From Eledone cirrhosa (Eukaryota): DNA of 64,000 nt. The stretch's first letter is position 1. Every line of letters begins with the position of its first letter. The DNA is taken from the NCBI GenBank assembly GCA_964016885.1, contig OZ024754.1, forward strand, positions 29,016,001 to 29,080,000. Direction: 5' to 3'. The position numbers and the translations under genes are program-made. A model generated the notes under the pieces. That model ran no database searches. It was given only the letters and a program-made list of their open reading frames with translations, and had not been told where the DNA came from. Below are positions 1 through 14,136 of the stretch, piece by piece.

Positions 1-227
1 ATGCGAGCAAGACAATCACTCTTGCCTCAAGTGGGACTACCCCCGTCCAAACCCATGCAAGCGTGGAACACGCACGTTAAACGTTGATGATGATGATGAT
101 GATGATATATGTATATATATATATATAATAATTGTTTCTACTTTTGGCACAAGGCCAGCAAATACCCAGTTCATTACTGGTACTTTATTTTATCGACCCC
201 GTAAGGATCAAAGGCAAAGTTAACCTC

Positions 228-370
228 ATGGTCTTCCTCTACTGTGTCTTCCTTCCACTGGGATTTCTTGGCATTTCTTTACCCAGCGGTCATCCTCCAT
301 GCACATCACATGTCCATACCAACACAATCTTCTCTCCAGCACACTACAGTTTCACTCTCAATGGATATCA
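228..370 (-). mobile_element. RTE LINE fragment
   Basis: Similar to 24610-24725 (WYGHV...GRP region). Confidence 0.7.
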
Positions 371-3217
371 TCTGTTTGAATTTTAACTTCTCTAGTAAAG
401 TAGACAAAATAATTTCTGACTTAGTTAAAAGCTATAATGATTACTTTATTTTATTTCAACTCTTTTCCTGCTTTTTTATTTTAAGATGTCATTTAAATAA
501 AAGTTTCTAATTTATGGAATATTTGACTGAGTTACATTTGATATAGATTCGATTTTATGTCTCAAGTTTTATGGAAAAAATATAGTATTCTATTGTACAT
601 TATTGTACTTCTGTTCAGTGTTCAATATCTTTAATGTTATGAAGCCATATGTACAATACAAAATTGAAAACTGTGGTTTATGTGTCTGCAAATTTACTGC
701 TCTGATAATTAGCTCATATCATCCCTGAAGACTTTGTTTTTTAACAACATTTTTTAGCAAAATAACTAAATTTCAATCGGAAATCTTTTGCTGCAGTGAA
801 ACTTGAATACTGATAGCTATTATTGTATATATACCTAGGGAAATAGTCCTGAAGGAGACTACTTTCTTTGATAAAAATAGAAACCTAGTTTTATACATTA
901 TTGCTCAATAAATTATATTTTTGCCATCAACACCTCCAGTATCTTCATTCTCTGGACTGCTGTTTGCCTCCACTAAATTAATATTAGGGCATCATGTCTG
1001 AGGATGGAGCCCCATGAGGTGGAATCGTTGCAGTAGTGAGTATCATTAGCTGTTCTTTGCAGCAGTACTATCACCATCGTGTCTGTGGTGTGTAACTGAA
1101 ATATATCATCCAAACCAAGATATAGAGTTTGCCCTTAACTCAGTTTTTCTTTCTTTTTTCTATTATGATATTGTAAAGATATTTCAAACATTTGAAATTA
1201 ATAAATTTATATATTTTACAATTAAAAAAATTACATTTTTAACCTTCAGCATTTGGAGTATTCTTCATGATTTCCTTTCCATGTTATACTGCACACAAGG
1301 ACAATTTCATGTAGTTTCATATAAAAATGCTTAACCACTATTTTGAAGCCCATAGTTCTATGTATGGGCCTGAAAATCAGTTTTATTCCATTACATGTCA
1401 TTAGTGAAGCCTAAATGTGCTCAGATTTGTAAACCTATCCTGTAAATATCTTTGTTTATCAGCATACAGTATCTTTTTATTCCACATGTAATATACACCT
1501 GCATTGCCATGCTATGCCATGGACATTTATCTCTTTATTGAGTTGTAAGGGCACCATAGTGATATTCAGCATGTCTTGGTCATTTAAACCTGACAGAGTG
1601 GATGCCTCTCCAGGTCAGAACACAGCCAATTTCTTACAGGGAAATTGAAAGAGGGAAAACAACAGCGAAAGAGTTCCAGTAGCTTGTTAGCCTCTCACTC
1701 AACCATTTTCCATATCTGGAGGAAAATATTTTCCATGACTGTTCTCAGGATGAAAGCAACAAAGTGTGAGAGAGAGAGAGACTTGATACTTGACTAGTAC
1801 AGTATTTATGGATCTTTGAAGGATGAAAGGCAGAGTTGACTGTGAAAGATTTTGAACTCGGATATCAAAGAGCTGAAACAAATATTGTAAGGTTTTCTAT
1901 TTACCACTCTATCAACTATATAAATGTTCCACCTATGTAGAGGATTGTTCATAACTGTGTATAACCAGTTTAGAATAGATATACTATATCTCTACCTGTT
2001 GTACGACATAACTAAAAGGATTGGAATGAGAAAAGGTATCCAGCCAGAAAACATTATTTCGAAAGGGACGCCATAATGTACATGAAGCCTTTTATGGGGC
2101 TCCCATTATCAGGGGGAACGGCCTTAAAATGCTTGCTGTAATATATGGTTTCATAATATTCAGTAAGGAATTTGAATTTAGCTTTAACTCATTGCATTGA
2201 TAGTTTTTACTGTTTTATTTTGCTTTTGTCAAATAGTTAAGTTGATATTGTTGATGATAGTTTAACATCAAATAGATATGAGAAGTTCTCTGAATGTGAT
2301 CATTGATGTAATCTAATGGTTTGAGGATAATATCAGTAATTCTATAGATAACAGTAATTCTGTCTGCCTTTCATCCTTGTAGAAGTCTAGGAAAATCTAT
2401 CTCGACATGAATGTCTGTGAGACTTCCAGTCAATAATTAACCAATCTATGTCACAGGCCTTCACAATTACAGTAGTGGAGCTTCTCTTATATGTTTCTCT
2501 TCCAAAATTAGAGTTTGTACTGTTCAGAGAGAGGCTTCTGTTAGAAATATATATTATTATGTGGTCATGAAAACACGATAGAAATTTATGTGAGCAATAA
2601 CATAGAGTATTTAAAAATCACCTTCTGACCTGTAGCAGAAGCAGCAACCATAATGGTGTTTTGTTTTTTGTTGTATTTTTTTTTTTTACTGTCTGTATTA
2701 CCAAGTCACTTTGTTCATATTTATTACCTTAAGAGATCCACATAAATTGAGATAATAATAGTATGTTTAGCAGTGCCTATGTGTTTGAAACATTTATATG
2801 TCTTACAATTATTGCCAACTTCTATGAGTGTAATATAAAAGATAAAAGTCAATGATGAGTATAATTGTTGTACTTTAAGCTATTCATTTTGTCAACCCTG
2901 CCCCTATACCACATTAAACTTACCCAATACCTCCTGTAGTTCTGCATTCATATTTAAATAAGGATATCAATGTAAATATAGGCTGAAAATTGGCATTAGA
3001 ATGTAAAATAGAATGTCTTGCAGTATTTGTTTTGGCTTTTTTCACTTTGTGATTAAGCCCCGGGGATCGTGGGGTCATGTCTTCCCCTCACCTCACACTC
3101 ACTTGCTCCCTCTCTCCCTCACTCTCTCGGTCAACCTATGGAACTTTCAGCTGACCCTTGTGTGTATATATATGTGTATATACATACAAATATATATATA
3201 TATATATACACATACAT

Positions 3218-3288
<71 letters not shown>

Positions 3289-3324
3289 TATATATATATA
3301 TACACAAACACACACACATATATA

Positions 3325-3517
3325 TAAGGGTCGGCTGAAAGGTTCATAGGCTGAACAAGGTACTCTTGAAGAATTACCAAATAAGGATTATTTTTCAACA
3401 TAGTCCCTGGAAAAACAATGCAGTTATTAAGAAGAGTTGAAATTATTGCATACAAGATTTCACAACTCTAGCATCACTTCTTGATAATCAGCCTATGAAC
3501 TTTTCAGCCCAGCCTTA
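3325..3517. mobile_element. Mariner-derived MITE
   Basis: TIRs taagggtcggctgaaaggttcataggctga / tcagcctatgaacttttcagcccagcctta with TA flanks. An orphan TIR lies at 3131-3160. Confidence 0.75.
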
Positions 3518-4096
3518 TATTTGACTGTTAATTCATAAGCTGTTGTTCTAGCAGATCAAACAAGTAAAACACTCTTAGCCCAAACTGACAAAGGTTCATT
3601 CCATTAGTAATCAATCATACATGCAGGATTCATGAAAATCTACTTAAAACGAATTATATTTTGGATGCAATTCAAAATTTTGATTCCCAAATGTTTTGTT
3701 TACATGTCACTGCTAACAAAACAAAAAAGAAAAAAACAAACTGCAGCTAATCTTAGTTTCTGTTATGTCTGAATATTTGTAATTGTTGGGACTTCAAGAT
3801 ATCCAAACTGGGGATGTTGATGTTGCCAAAATGAAGTTTTGAAGTTTAGAAAATGTGCTGATGTGTGAATGATGTATAGTAATGAAATATATCTAGTAAA
3901 TGCAGACTATCTTGGCAAGTGAAGAAAAGAAGTTGCTACATATATTTGTCTAACCCATGCTAGCGTGGAAGAACGGACGTAAAACGGTGATGATGATGAT
4001 GATGATGATGATATATATATACGGGGTAACAAATTATTGTTATAGGTTAACACTTAAAAACCTTTTTTGTATAGCAAACTGTGTCACTCTTCTTTC

Positions 4097-4135
<39 letters not shown>

Positions 4136-4410
4136 CATGGCTCGGAAATATTCCCTTCTTTGAGCTATTTAATTGTAAAAGACTATTTTGAGTTTGTAAC
4201 TCAATATATGATACTCTCGGTTCCATACGTAGAGCTAATTTTAGTTCCATAAAACCAGCTGCTATTTTTAGCAGCATGAGTTAGGCACTGTGACACATGT
4301 GCGTTCAACAACATATATTAGCTCCGAAATATCATGTTGAAATATACTGGTTAGAACATTATCATTTTCACTTTGTATTTTTCTACCGCATTGAAAATTA
4401 TTGATATTTT

Positions 4411-4446
<36 letters not shown>

Positions 4447-6879
4447 TATATATATGTAGACAAGTCAATCTCAAAAATAAATTTAATGAATGCTTTTAAG
4501 TTTAGATGTGAACTATTTATGATGCTAAGCTTCACTTGAACCAGTCTTTATCACAAATCACTAGATAAATGGTGTGTTACTTTGAAGATAAATATTGCTA
4601 TTTTCTAAATGAAATTGATTGATTATGTCTGCCTGGGTCAAATTCCTTAGTATAGTAAATTTATTTAAAAGCTATTTGTTAAAAATTTGAACTTTTGATA
4701 TCAAAGGAACATATGTGTATTTCTAGAAGTACCTTATGGTGCAAATTTTTATATTAAACTGCCTAGAATCACCCCTAATTCTATGATGAAAAAAATTATA
4801 CATATTTTAAAGTGTTCACAGCATTTATATTTATCTAAATGAATCGTGATCATCATCATAATTATGTTTTGTCTATATTTCTTGCTGGATAGGTTATCAG
4901 TGTTTGAGTCATTAAATGGTCAGAGTTGAATATTTTGCTCATAAGTTCCATATTTTGCCATGATTTCTACATCTAGATGCCTTTTCTAATGTCAGCCACT
5001 TCACAGTGTGTACAGGGGTTCGTTTTATGCCACTAGCACTACAACTTTACAGTTCGTAAAAACCTTACAAAATAATTTTAATCTAAGAATCTTTGATGTG
5101 TTATCCCCCCCCCCCCCCCCCCCCCCCCCCCCAACCATCAAAAAGAAAAGAAAAAATAGCTCAAATAATGAGAAAGTTATATTAAAAAATTCTTGCAAAT
5201 TCTTGATTATTTTGAAAATTATTCAAGAATTATACTGTCTTAGATTAGAAATAGAGTAACAAAAGGGTTAAACTTGAGCTAACCCTCTCATTACTATATT
5301 TCTAATGTAAGCATTTGTCTTTCAATACAATTTGAAAATAACCCAAAATTAGGAGGAATTTAGTAAAATAAGTAAGCTTTGTATAAGTAAATTGATATTT
5401 AAATCATTACTTAAGAAATGTTTCTAAAATAAAATTACGAAGAATGGTTTTAATATACGAATAGTCATTTTGAAATAAGCATTTTTGTATCATAAATCCA
5501 GGCTGATTTCAGGTAGTTTGGTATCAAAATGGTTAAATCCATTTCTTTCACAAGTCACTAAATCAATGGTCTTTTGTTTGGAAAATACTTTTAGTGCTTC
5601 CTTGATGGTCATGTCGGCTTGGGTTAGTTTCTTTAATAAAGTAATAGTTACTAAAAAGCCATCTTGTTCACAGTTTTAACTTTTGATATCAAAGGAAGAT
5701 TCTGTTTATGGTTCATGGATGAAACCTTTTAATACCAACTCGGATGAGACTAGCCATATGTGAAGTTTTCTGTTTAGAAATTAAAATCACCATCACAATT
5801 TCATAGCAACATCGATAATATCATGAGATTTTAGTGAATTAGCACCAACATATTATAAAATGATATCAAGTAAGAGATATTTTAATCAAACGTACTCACT
5901 ATAGAATCTTGTTTATATTGAAAATTACTTGAAACACATATGTAGTCTACTCATTAAAAATCTTATGTAAAAGGTTAACCTACCGACTGTGTGTGTTGAA
6001 TAGATTTTAATCATGGCATGACGTTTTTAGCATTGATGCTGCTTATCATCATCATCATCAGCACCACCACCACCACTATCAGTATTATCATCATCATCAT
6101 CATCATCATTCACACCACCACCATTATCATCATTATTGCCATTACTACCACCACTATCATCATTCCAACCATCACCACCAACAAAGTTTCCATCAACTAA
6201 ATTCCACTCATTTGTTAACATGTAGCAATATTAGAGACCACTTACCTTAAAGTGCCATGCAGTGAAACTCAGTCTTCAGCCTAAGACCACATGGCTGGGA
6301 AATAAACTTCTCTACCATTTGGGCAGCCTGCATCCACACGTATATATTCCTGACAAGCTTCTGCATGATTTCAATCTATCAAATTTCAGTCCCAAGGCAT
6401 TGGTCAGCCTGAGGATTTAGTAGGAGACACTTGTCCATAATGCCATGCAATGAGATGGAATATAAACCCAAAACCTCATTATTTTTTAGTGAATTACTTA
6501 ACCACAGAGCTATGCCTGTACCTTACACTCTGTTAATGCAAACCAATGTATTGGAACTATGTAAATATTCTGTCTTCTGTCTTGTATTTCATCTCATCAA
6601 TATAAAAAAACATTTTATTTTGAATTAATCTTCTTCTCTGAATAATAAAATAGCCACCTACCCTTTTTTTACTTTTTTTTTCTTCACCTTGAAACAAATT
6701 TTCATGTTGAATGTAGCTTTTATTGGTTTGGTAGTTTTATCTTTCCATTTAGAGTTTCGTATTCACTGTGCCAGATAAAGATTTACTGTCACAATTTAGT
6801 TATGCAGATAGCAGTTAATTTTCGGTCTTATTAAGAATTGTTTGTATATTATTATTTTTGATATCATATGCAGTGAATT

Positions 6880-7090
6880 TGAAGTATCGGTAGAGGGTTG
6901 GACGCCATGCTTTCTAGCATAGTTACGTCCCTTTACGGTCTGAGTTCAAATCTTGTCGAGGTTAACTTTGCCATTCATCCTTACAGGGTCGATAAAATAA
7001 AGTACCAGTAATGTACTGGGTAATTGCTGGCCTTGTGCCAAAAGTAGAAACAATTATTATTGTTATTAATATCATTATTATTATTATTAT
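6880..7090 (+). mobile_element. tRNA-derived SINE with Meta-like central domain and (ATT)n tail
   Basis: agtatcggtagag...gagttcaaatc...gaggttaactttgcc.ttcatccttac.gggtcgataaaataaagtaccagt...aaacaattattatt. Confidence 0.85.
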
Positions 7091-7217
7091 TTACATTTCT
7101 CATTTCACAAATTTGCCAACGAAATGAGAATCTTGTAATGAAAGTATGGATAGCTGATATGGAACTTCTATGCTAACTGTAGCTATTTTATACATATATT
7201 ATATATATATATACATA

Positions 7218-7927
7218 CTACTGGGGGTTGCGGATATTTTAACGCTTTAAAGACAATATATCTACCCCCAGAGTGTTTAATAACTAGGTAAGTTATTGGG
7301 AAAACGAAGGGAGGGAGGGAAGGAGAATAGAAGGGAAAAGGGGAGAAAAGAGAAAAACTGAAGAAAAAACAACAAACCAAAGAATGTGCGAGCAACTTGA
7401 AGAAAGAAAATCCAAGACCACGTCGGTGGCTGAACATAAGTTCTAGAGCGTGTGGATGAGCGAAAAGACATGTCTGATCCCAGCAAGTGTAAGTGAGAAA
7501 AGAACTGCTAGAGGGTCAGGCGAGCGAAACAATGAGGTGGCTGGAAGAGAGAGGGTGAGTGAAAGTGAGAGGGAGAAAGGGAGAGAAAGAAAGAGGGGTA
7601 AGAGTAGATAGCAACAAAATAGGTAGATAGGAGAGAGAAGATGGGTCACAGCGAAACATGATAAAATATATGGAGAATAGGATTGGCTGTGTAGTTGCTA
7701 GTTAAGGTAGGCTTAAAAATAAGAAGAAGAAGCAAGAAGGGGGAGGGTGGGGAGTTTTCCTCATCAGTTGTCTACTGGGGGGTCTCGGATATTTCAACCC
7801 CCACAACGTTCAATAACTGGGTAAGTTATTGAGAAAACGGAGGGGGAGGGAAGGTAAATAGAAGGGAAAAGGGAGAAAAGAGAAAACAGTGAAAAAAACA
7901 ACAAACCGAACAATGTGCGAGCAACTT
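7218..7927. repeat. Element with diverged 155-180 bp terminal direct repeats
   Basis: tactggggg...tgtgcgagcaactt at 7218-7398 and 7773-7927, purine-rich interior, TA-run flanks. Confidence 0.7.
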
Positions 7928-8088
7928 ATTATATATATAGGTTTTGTTTGGCATTGTTAACTAAGAGACAGGCATTAAGGCCAGTACCAGACACCTACTT
8001 ACCTTCCCACTTATTTTGTTATAAATGTATAGTCTTCAATGAAAGTATTTCATATATATATAAGTAAAACCTATATTGAAACAAGTAC

Positions 8089-8995
8089 TTGACCACTAGG
8101 TTATATACCTGCACATAGTAATGTATAATGTATATATCTCACACTTTGACCACTAGGTTATATACCTGCACATAGTAATGTATAATGTATATATCTCACA
8201 CTTTGACCACTAGGTTATATACCTGCACATAGTAATGTATAATGTATATATCTCACACTTTGACCACTAGGTTATATACCTGCACATAGTAATGTATAAT
8301 GTATATATCTCACACCTTGACCACTAGGTTATATACCTGCACATAGTAATGTATAATGTATATATCTCACACCTTGACCACTAGGTTATATACCTGCACA
8401 TAGTAATGTATAATGTATATATCTCACACTTTGACCACTAGGTTATATACCTGCACATAGTAATGTATAATGTATATATCTCACACCTTGACCACTAGGT
8501 TATACACCTGCACATAGTAATGTATAATGTATATATCTCACACTTTGACCACTAGGTTATATACCTGCACATAGTAATGTATAATGTATATATCTCACAC
8601 CTTGACCACTAGGTTATATACCTGCACATAGTAATGTATAATGTATATATCTCACACCTTGACCACTAGGTTATATACCTGCACATAGTAATGTATAATG
8701 TATATATCTCACACCTTGACCACTAGGTTATATACCTGCACATAGTAATGTATAATGTATATATCTCACACCTTGACCACTAGGTTATACACCTGCACAT
8801 AGTAATGTATAATGTATATATCTCACACCTTGACCACTAGGTTATACACCTGCACATAGTAATGTATAATGTATATATCTCACACCTTGACCACTAGGTT
8901 ATACACCTGCACATAGTAATGTATAATGTATATACATTATACATATATCTCACACCTTGACCACTAGGTTATACACCTGCACATAGTAATGTATA
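8089..8995. repeat. 57-bp minisatellite, about 16 copies
   Basis: ttgaccactaggttatatacctgcacatagtaatgtataatgtatatatctcacacY with exact period 57. Confidence 0.97.
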
Positions 8996-9529
8996 CATAA
9001 TCTTAACACAATATACCTTGTTTAATTATTTATTATTACATATGTATATGTATTTATTTTCTTAAGTGTCAATGAGATTAATTGGATGTATATATAAGAA
9101 ATAAATTACAGGCTGTGTTGTGATAGCTTAGATAAATTTCATGCAATCACAATCTTGAATCGTTAGATTAATTTTAATGATTCCATTATAGATTTTTTTC
9201 TCTGTCAAAAGTTCAAAGATCCAAGAACAGTTTTAATAATTCTCAGCTTAGTTTGATGCTATGTGTCTGTGTGTGTGTGCGTGTGAGTGTGTATGTATGT
9301 GTTCTTCTGGTTTTATAATTTCACAAATTTTTCCCAATAGAGAGAGAGTCGGTTTCTAACCTAGACACAAGACTCTCTCATTGGAATTTACAAATCAACT
9401 AGGTAGATATGTATGCATGCCTGCATGCATGCATGTGTAAATATGGTTGTTATTGTATGTGTGAATGTGTATGTTTTGAGTTGTATGTGTGCATGTGTAT
9501 ATGCTTTGCATCTGTACATGTGTATATGC

Positions 9530-11610
9530 AGTTATTAGATGCAACATTTTTGGAATGTTTTACATATTTTTACTGTTCCATTAATGGATTGTACTTGTAG
9601 TTTCCTAACTAGTTGTGCTCTTTCTGTTCCTGTGAAGCCTAGCTTCTCAAGATTTGTATTGAGGCAGTTACTAACATACCCCAGTGCCCCAATAATCACA
9701 GGCATAAATCTGAAGGTATAGTCAGGGTGGAGTATCTGCAGATTTCTCATCAGTTCTGCATAAATATTCTCCTTTTCGCTAATCTTTGATACTATATTGG
9801 CATCTGCTGGGCAGCTAATTTCCACTACTGTGCATGCTTTCTTCTCCCTGTCCCATAAAATATCTGGTATGTTATGCCTGCATTTTATTGGGGTTTTTTA
9901 CTGGAACATTCCACCAATACTCTTTCATATGTACATGGATGTCTTCCACATTGCTGTAGCTTTTAATGTGTTTATTATCGAGGCTATCTTTTCTATGGTT
10001 TGCATTGTACAGTGTTTTGGCCACTACATCATGCCTCATAGGTAGATAGTACAGCGATGACATCTTTGGACAACTGCTTATGACATGGGTGACATCTTCG
10101 ATGTTAATTCTGCAGAGTCTGCACTTGTTATCACATCTAGGTGTTTTGCCTGCATCCCTATCTCTTTTATGAATCAGCTATTTCGTGTTAATTTCCTGTT
10201 CTTGGATTGCAAAAGCGTATCCTTCAAAGTGGCAGCCAATATAGTGGTTGTTGGTCCAAGATAGACTACTTTCCTTATCTATATTACTCTCACTCTGGAG
10301 CTTCCTGGCAACATATCCATGCATGATTTTTTGGTGATAAGCATGCAGTTTTTCATCCATGGATTCACTGCGATACTGCTGAGCGACATCCCTGGGTGTG
10401 AGTTTTTGATTACCACACAGGGAATATCTCTCGAGGAGTTCCTTCCCAACTCTCATGATCTTATCTGTTTCATGCAGATAGACTTGCTCCAGAGACGGGC
10501 TCCTACGTTTCGAGGTTCGTAGATGTTGTCGGAGGGATATGATGCGACATTCAAATGCTGTCTGGACTGATGTTAGGCCTCTGCCTCCCTGCTTACGTTT
10601 CAAGTAAAGGCGGTCTATGTCACTGTTGATGTGGAAGTTTCTGGTGTTGTTTAGTATTTTTCGAGTTCTAACATCACCTGCTCAGATTTCGTCTATCGTC
10701 CAATTGAGTATTCCAAACGTTGGTGTTAGGTCAGGCTCAGCAAACATTGTGAGCCAGTGTTTTGTTTTGCGCAGAGAGTTCTGATGACCAAATCTTTCTT
10801 AATCGGGTGTAGTATTCCCTGGTTACACATTCCTTATTACAGATATCATTATAGGATATGTTCTCATCTATACCCAGGTATCTGTAGCAGTCCTCATCAG
10901 ATATTGGTGAAACAGTTAGGCCATTGATGACAATGTTGCTAGATTGGGTTGTTGTTTTTCCCTGCTTTACAGTCATATATGAGCATTTATCTTGGCCAAA
11001 CTCCATTCCTATATCCTTTGAGAACGTTGTAACCAGGTGATGATTTTTCTTCATCCCATCCATGTTCTTGGCATAGAGTTTCAGATCATCCACAAAGAAA
11101 TTATGGGTTAGGTTCGTCTTTCTGTCCTCCTGTGAGCCAATGATGTATCCTTCACATTTCTTGAGCAGAAAGGACAAGGGGTTTAATGACAGGATGAATA
11201 ATATCACAGAGAGACTGTCTCCCTGAAATATACCCGTGTGATATTTTATTTTATCAGTGAAAATAAAGTCCTCTTTCTCTGTCTTTAACTTTAGGATATT
11301 AGCCCAAGAAGAAGATAGCTTCTCTATGGCTCCGATAATAATGTCTGGGACTTTAGAAAGTCGGAGCGCCTCTATTATCCAAGAGTGGGGAACAGAAATG
11401 AAAGCTTTCCTGTAGTCCAGCCAGACTGTAGCCATATTCTTCCTAAATGGTCGCACCTCCGACATCGCAGTTTTGTTGATTAGTTGTTCAGCACATCCCC
11501 AAACCCCTTTCTTTCCAACTGCTTGTTCATCTGTGATGAGGTTATTATTTTCACAGTGATCTTGGAGGAATAGGTTCAGGCAGGCTGTATACATCTTATA
11601 CATCAGGTTC
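9530..11610 (-). mobile_element. 5'-truncated R4/Dong-like non-LTR retrotransposon (RT, CCHC, RLE endonuclease), frameshifted
   Basis: WLDYRKAF, GIFQGDSLS, FVDDLKLY, YRYLG, GGRGL, AIQEQEINTK, CRLC...HVISSC, PDIF...VEISCP, PVIIGALG. Confidence 0.9.
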
Positions 11611-11643
11611 TGTGTGTATGTGTATGTGTGTGTGTGTTTTCTT

Positions 11644-11990
11644 ATCATCATCATCATCATCATCATTTTACGTCCACTTTTCCCTGCTTGCCAGAGTGGG
11701 ACGGGAACTGATTGTGGCTTGATTTCTACAGCTGGATGCCCTTCCTAACACCAACCTCATTTACAGTGAGTGCTGGGTGCTTTGTTGCCGTGGCACCTAC
11801 ACGACCACTTTGCAGTGGAATGATAGGGACCCCAGTCCCTATCATCTCATTTCTACAGCTGAGTAAACTGGAGCAATGTGAAATAAAGTGTCTTGCTCAA
11901 GGAAACAACACATCACCCAGTCTGAGAATTGAACTCACAACCTTTCGATTGCAAGGCCAATGCTCTAACCACATAGCCATGTGCCTGCTT
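11644..11990 (-). mobile_element. tRNA-derived SINE with RTE-type (GAT)n tail
   Basis: A/B-box head (tggctatgtggttagagc...gagttcaattc), central ccttgagcaagacact, 3' gggaaaagtggacgtaaaatgatgat. Near-identical to 37148-37486. Confidence 0.85.
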
Positions 11991-12382
11991 TTAATATTTT
12001 ATAAATTTTCACCAATAAAGAGAGAGTCGGATCTAACTTAGAAACAAGACTCTTTCATCGGAATTTAGACATCAACTAGGTAAATACATATGTGTATATG
12101 TGTTTGTATGTGTGTGTGTTATTGCATGTGTAGATTGGTATGCTTCGAATTATATGTGTATATTTTTCTTTATTTATACATGTATGTATGTTTGTGAGTA
12201 TGTATGTATATATGTAGGTATGTTTGTGAGTATGTATGTATGTTTGTGAGTATGTATGTAGGTAGGTAGGTAGGTATGTTTGTATGTATGTTTGTGAGTA
12301 TGTATGTGTGTATGTAGGTATGTTTGTATGTATGTATGTTTGTGTGTATGTATGTTTGTATGTAGGTATGTATGTTTGTATT

Positions 12383-13020
12383 CCTTGAAGCCTCCTTGAA
12401 AGACGCTAACATCGCTGCTGATCGTAATAAATGGAGAAAGACTGTATATGAGGAGAAAGTTGCCTTTGAGGCATCTCGAATCGCATATGAGAAAGTAAAG
12501 AGGGATGTGAGGAAGGGCATTGCTGTTGCATTTCCAGACGGCGAAGATCCTCCTATGGTGCTGACATGCAGCGTCTGTGCGAGACTCTGCCTAAGCAAAG
12601 CTGGACTCGAAAGTCATCTTCGCAGTCATAAAGTAAGACCAGTGGTTGACTACCAGGCTGTTGTTGGAGATGCTACTCTTCATGCTTGCCAAACATGTGG
12701 TAGAGAATGTAAATCAACAGGAGGGCTCAAGCGACATGCAAAAGTACATGAACTCCAACCACAACCGGCTATTCCCAGTGAATGTTTTGGTTGCCAACTC
12801 TGTGCAAGACATTTTAGATCATTGGCTGAGCTAAAAAGCCACATTCGATCGCAGCGCTGTTATTTGCTATCGTGTGTGTGTATGTATATATATATGTATA
12901 TTATTATTGTTGTTGTTGTTGTCGTTATTATTATTGTTATTACTATTATTATTATTAGTGTTATGGGTTTTTTTCTTCTCATGCAATGGCCATACTCGAT
13001 AACGAGGGGGCAGCCATCAT
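12383..13020 (+). mobile_element. RTE-type LINE 3' end with three C2H2 zinc fingers
   Basis: AADRNKWRKTV motif, then CSVC..H..H, CQTC..H..H and CQLC..H fingers. The 3' UTR is interrupted by microsatellite. Confidence 0.75.
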
Positions 13021-13928
13021 GTTTGTATGTATGTATGTATGTTTGTTTGTGTATATGTATGTTTGTGTGTATGTATGTGTGTATGTTTGTATGTAGGTAT
13101 GTATGTTTGTATGTATGTTTGTAGGTAGGTATGTATGTTTATTTGTGTGTATGAATATATATTTGTGTGTATGTGTGTATGTTTGTGTGTATGTATGTGT
13201 GTATGTTTGTGTGAGTGTGTATAGATACACACATCTATATCTATCTCTATATACGCCAACATACACACATCTATATGTGGTTCTCTATGATAAAATTTAT
13301 TTTACATAATACAGGGAAATTAACACAGCATAATATTTCCGACTCATCTAAAGAATGTGAAGAACTACCTGCTATGAAGGAAAATCTTTGGTGTAGCTAA
13401 TAACATATTGTATATCATTAGTTTATAAGTGGTTATTAGTTATAATAGAGTCTATTGTTAGTTAGTCAAATTTACATTGATATACGTCTAACCCATGCTA
13501 GCGTGGAAGATAGATATCAAACGATGATGATGATGATGATGATACATGTTGAGGTTAATAGTACAATGCAAAACAAAGCATTCTGAATAGATGAAAGTAT
13601 CATCATTAGTAGAGTTATTAAACATCAAAGAATTCGGTATTTATGCTGTGTTTCTCATGTGCTTGTTAGGGTTTATGATATATTTAAATATTTAATTAGT
13701 TTTAAAAATGGAACGATAGATTGTATTGGTGGTGTGGCATAGAAATAATAATGGTTGAATAAATGAGTTATAGTTATGTGAATATATATTTGAATGTGTT
13801 AGAAGTTATTAAACTCTAATGGCTTGCCATGTTAACCAGCCATCTTAGATCTGCTTTTTCATGCTTGCATAGTTTGAACAGCTCTTTCCAGACCAGCCTC
13901 ACAGCACTTCTATTCAGTTCTTCATTAA

Positions 13929-14136
13929 CCCTTTAGCATTTAAACCGGCCATATCCGGCCAGAATTCTCTTACCTCTTTCTGTTCAAACCAGCTGAAACT
14001 GGCTGATCATACTGATGTTTCAAAATAATTAATATAAAAAATCTCATAAATTCGATATTATGTGAGATACTTATGTGAGGTAGAGCCTGTACCATGAAAA
14101 TATGATAGTAAATATAGTGATGTAAATGCTAAAGAG
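13929..14136. mobile_element. piggyBac-like MITE
   Basis: TTAA|ccctttagcattta ... taaatgctaaagag|TTAA. Diverged relatives appear elsewhere (about 5280-5540, 17320-17450, 27360-27770). Confidence 0.7.
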
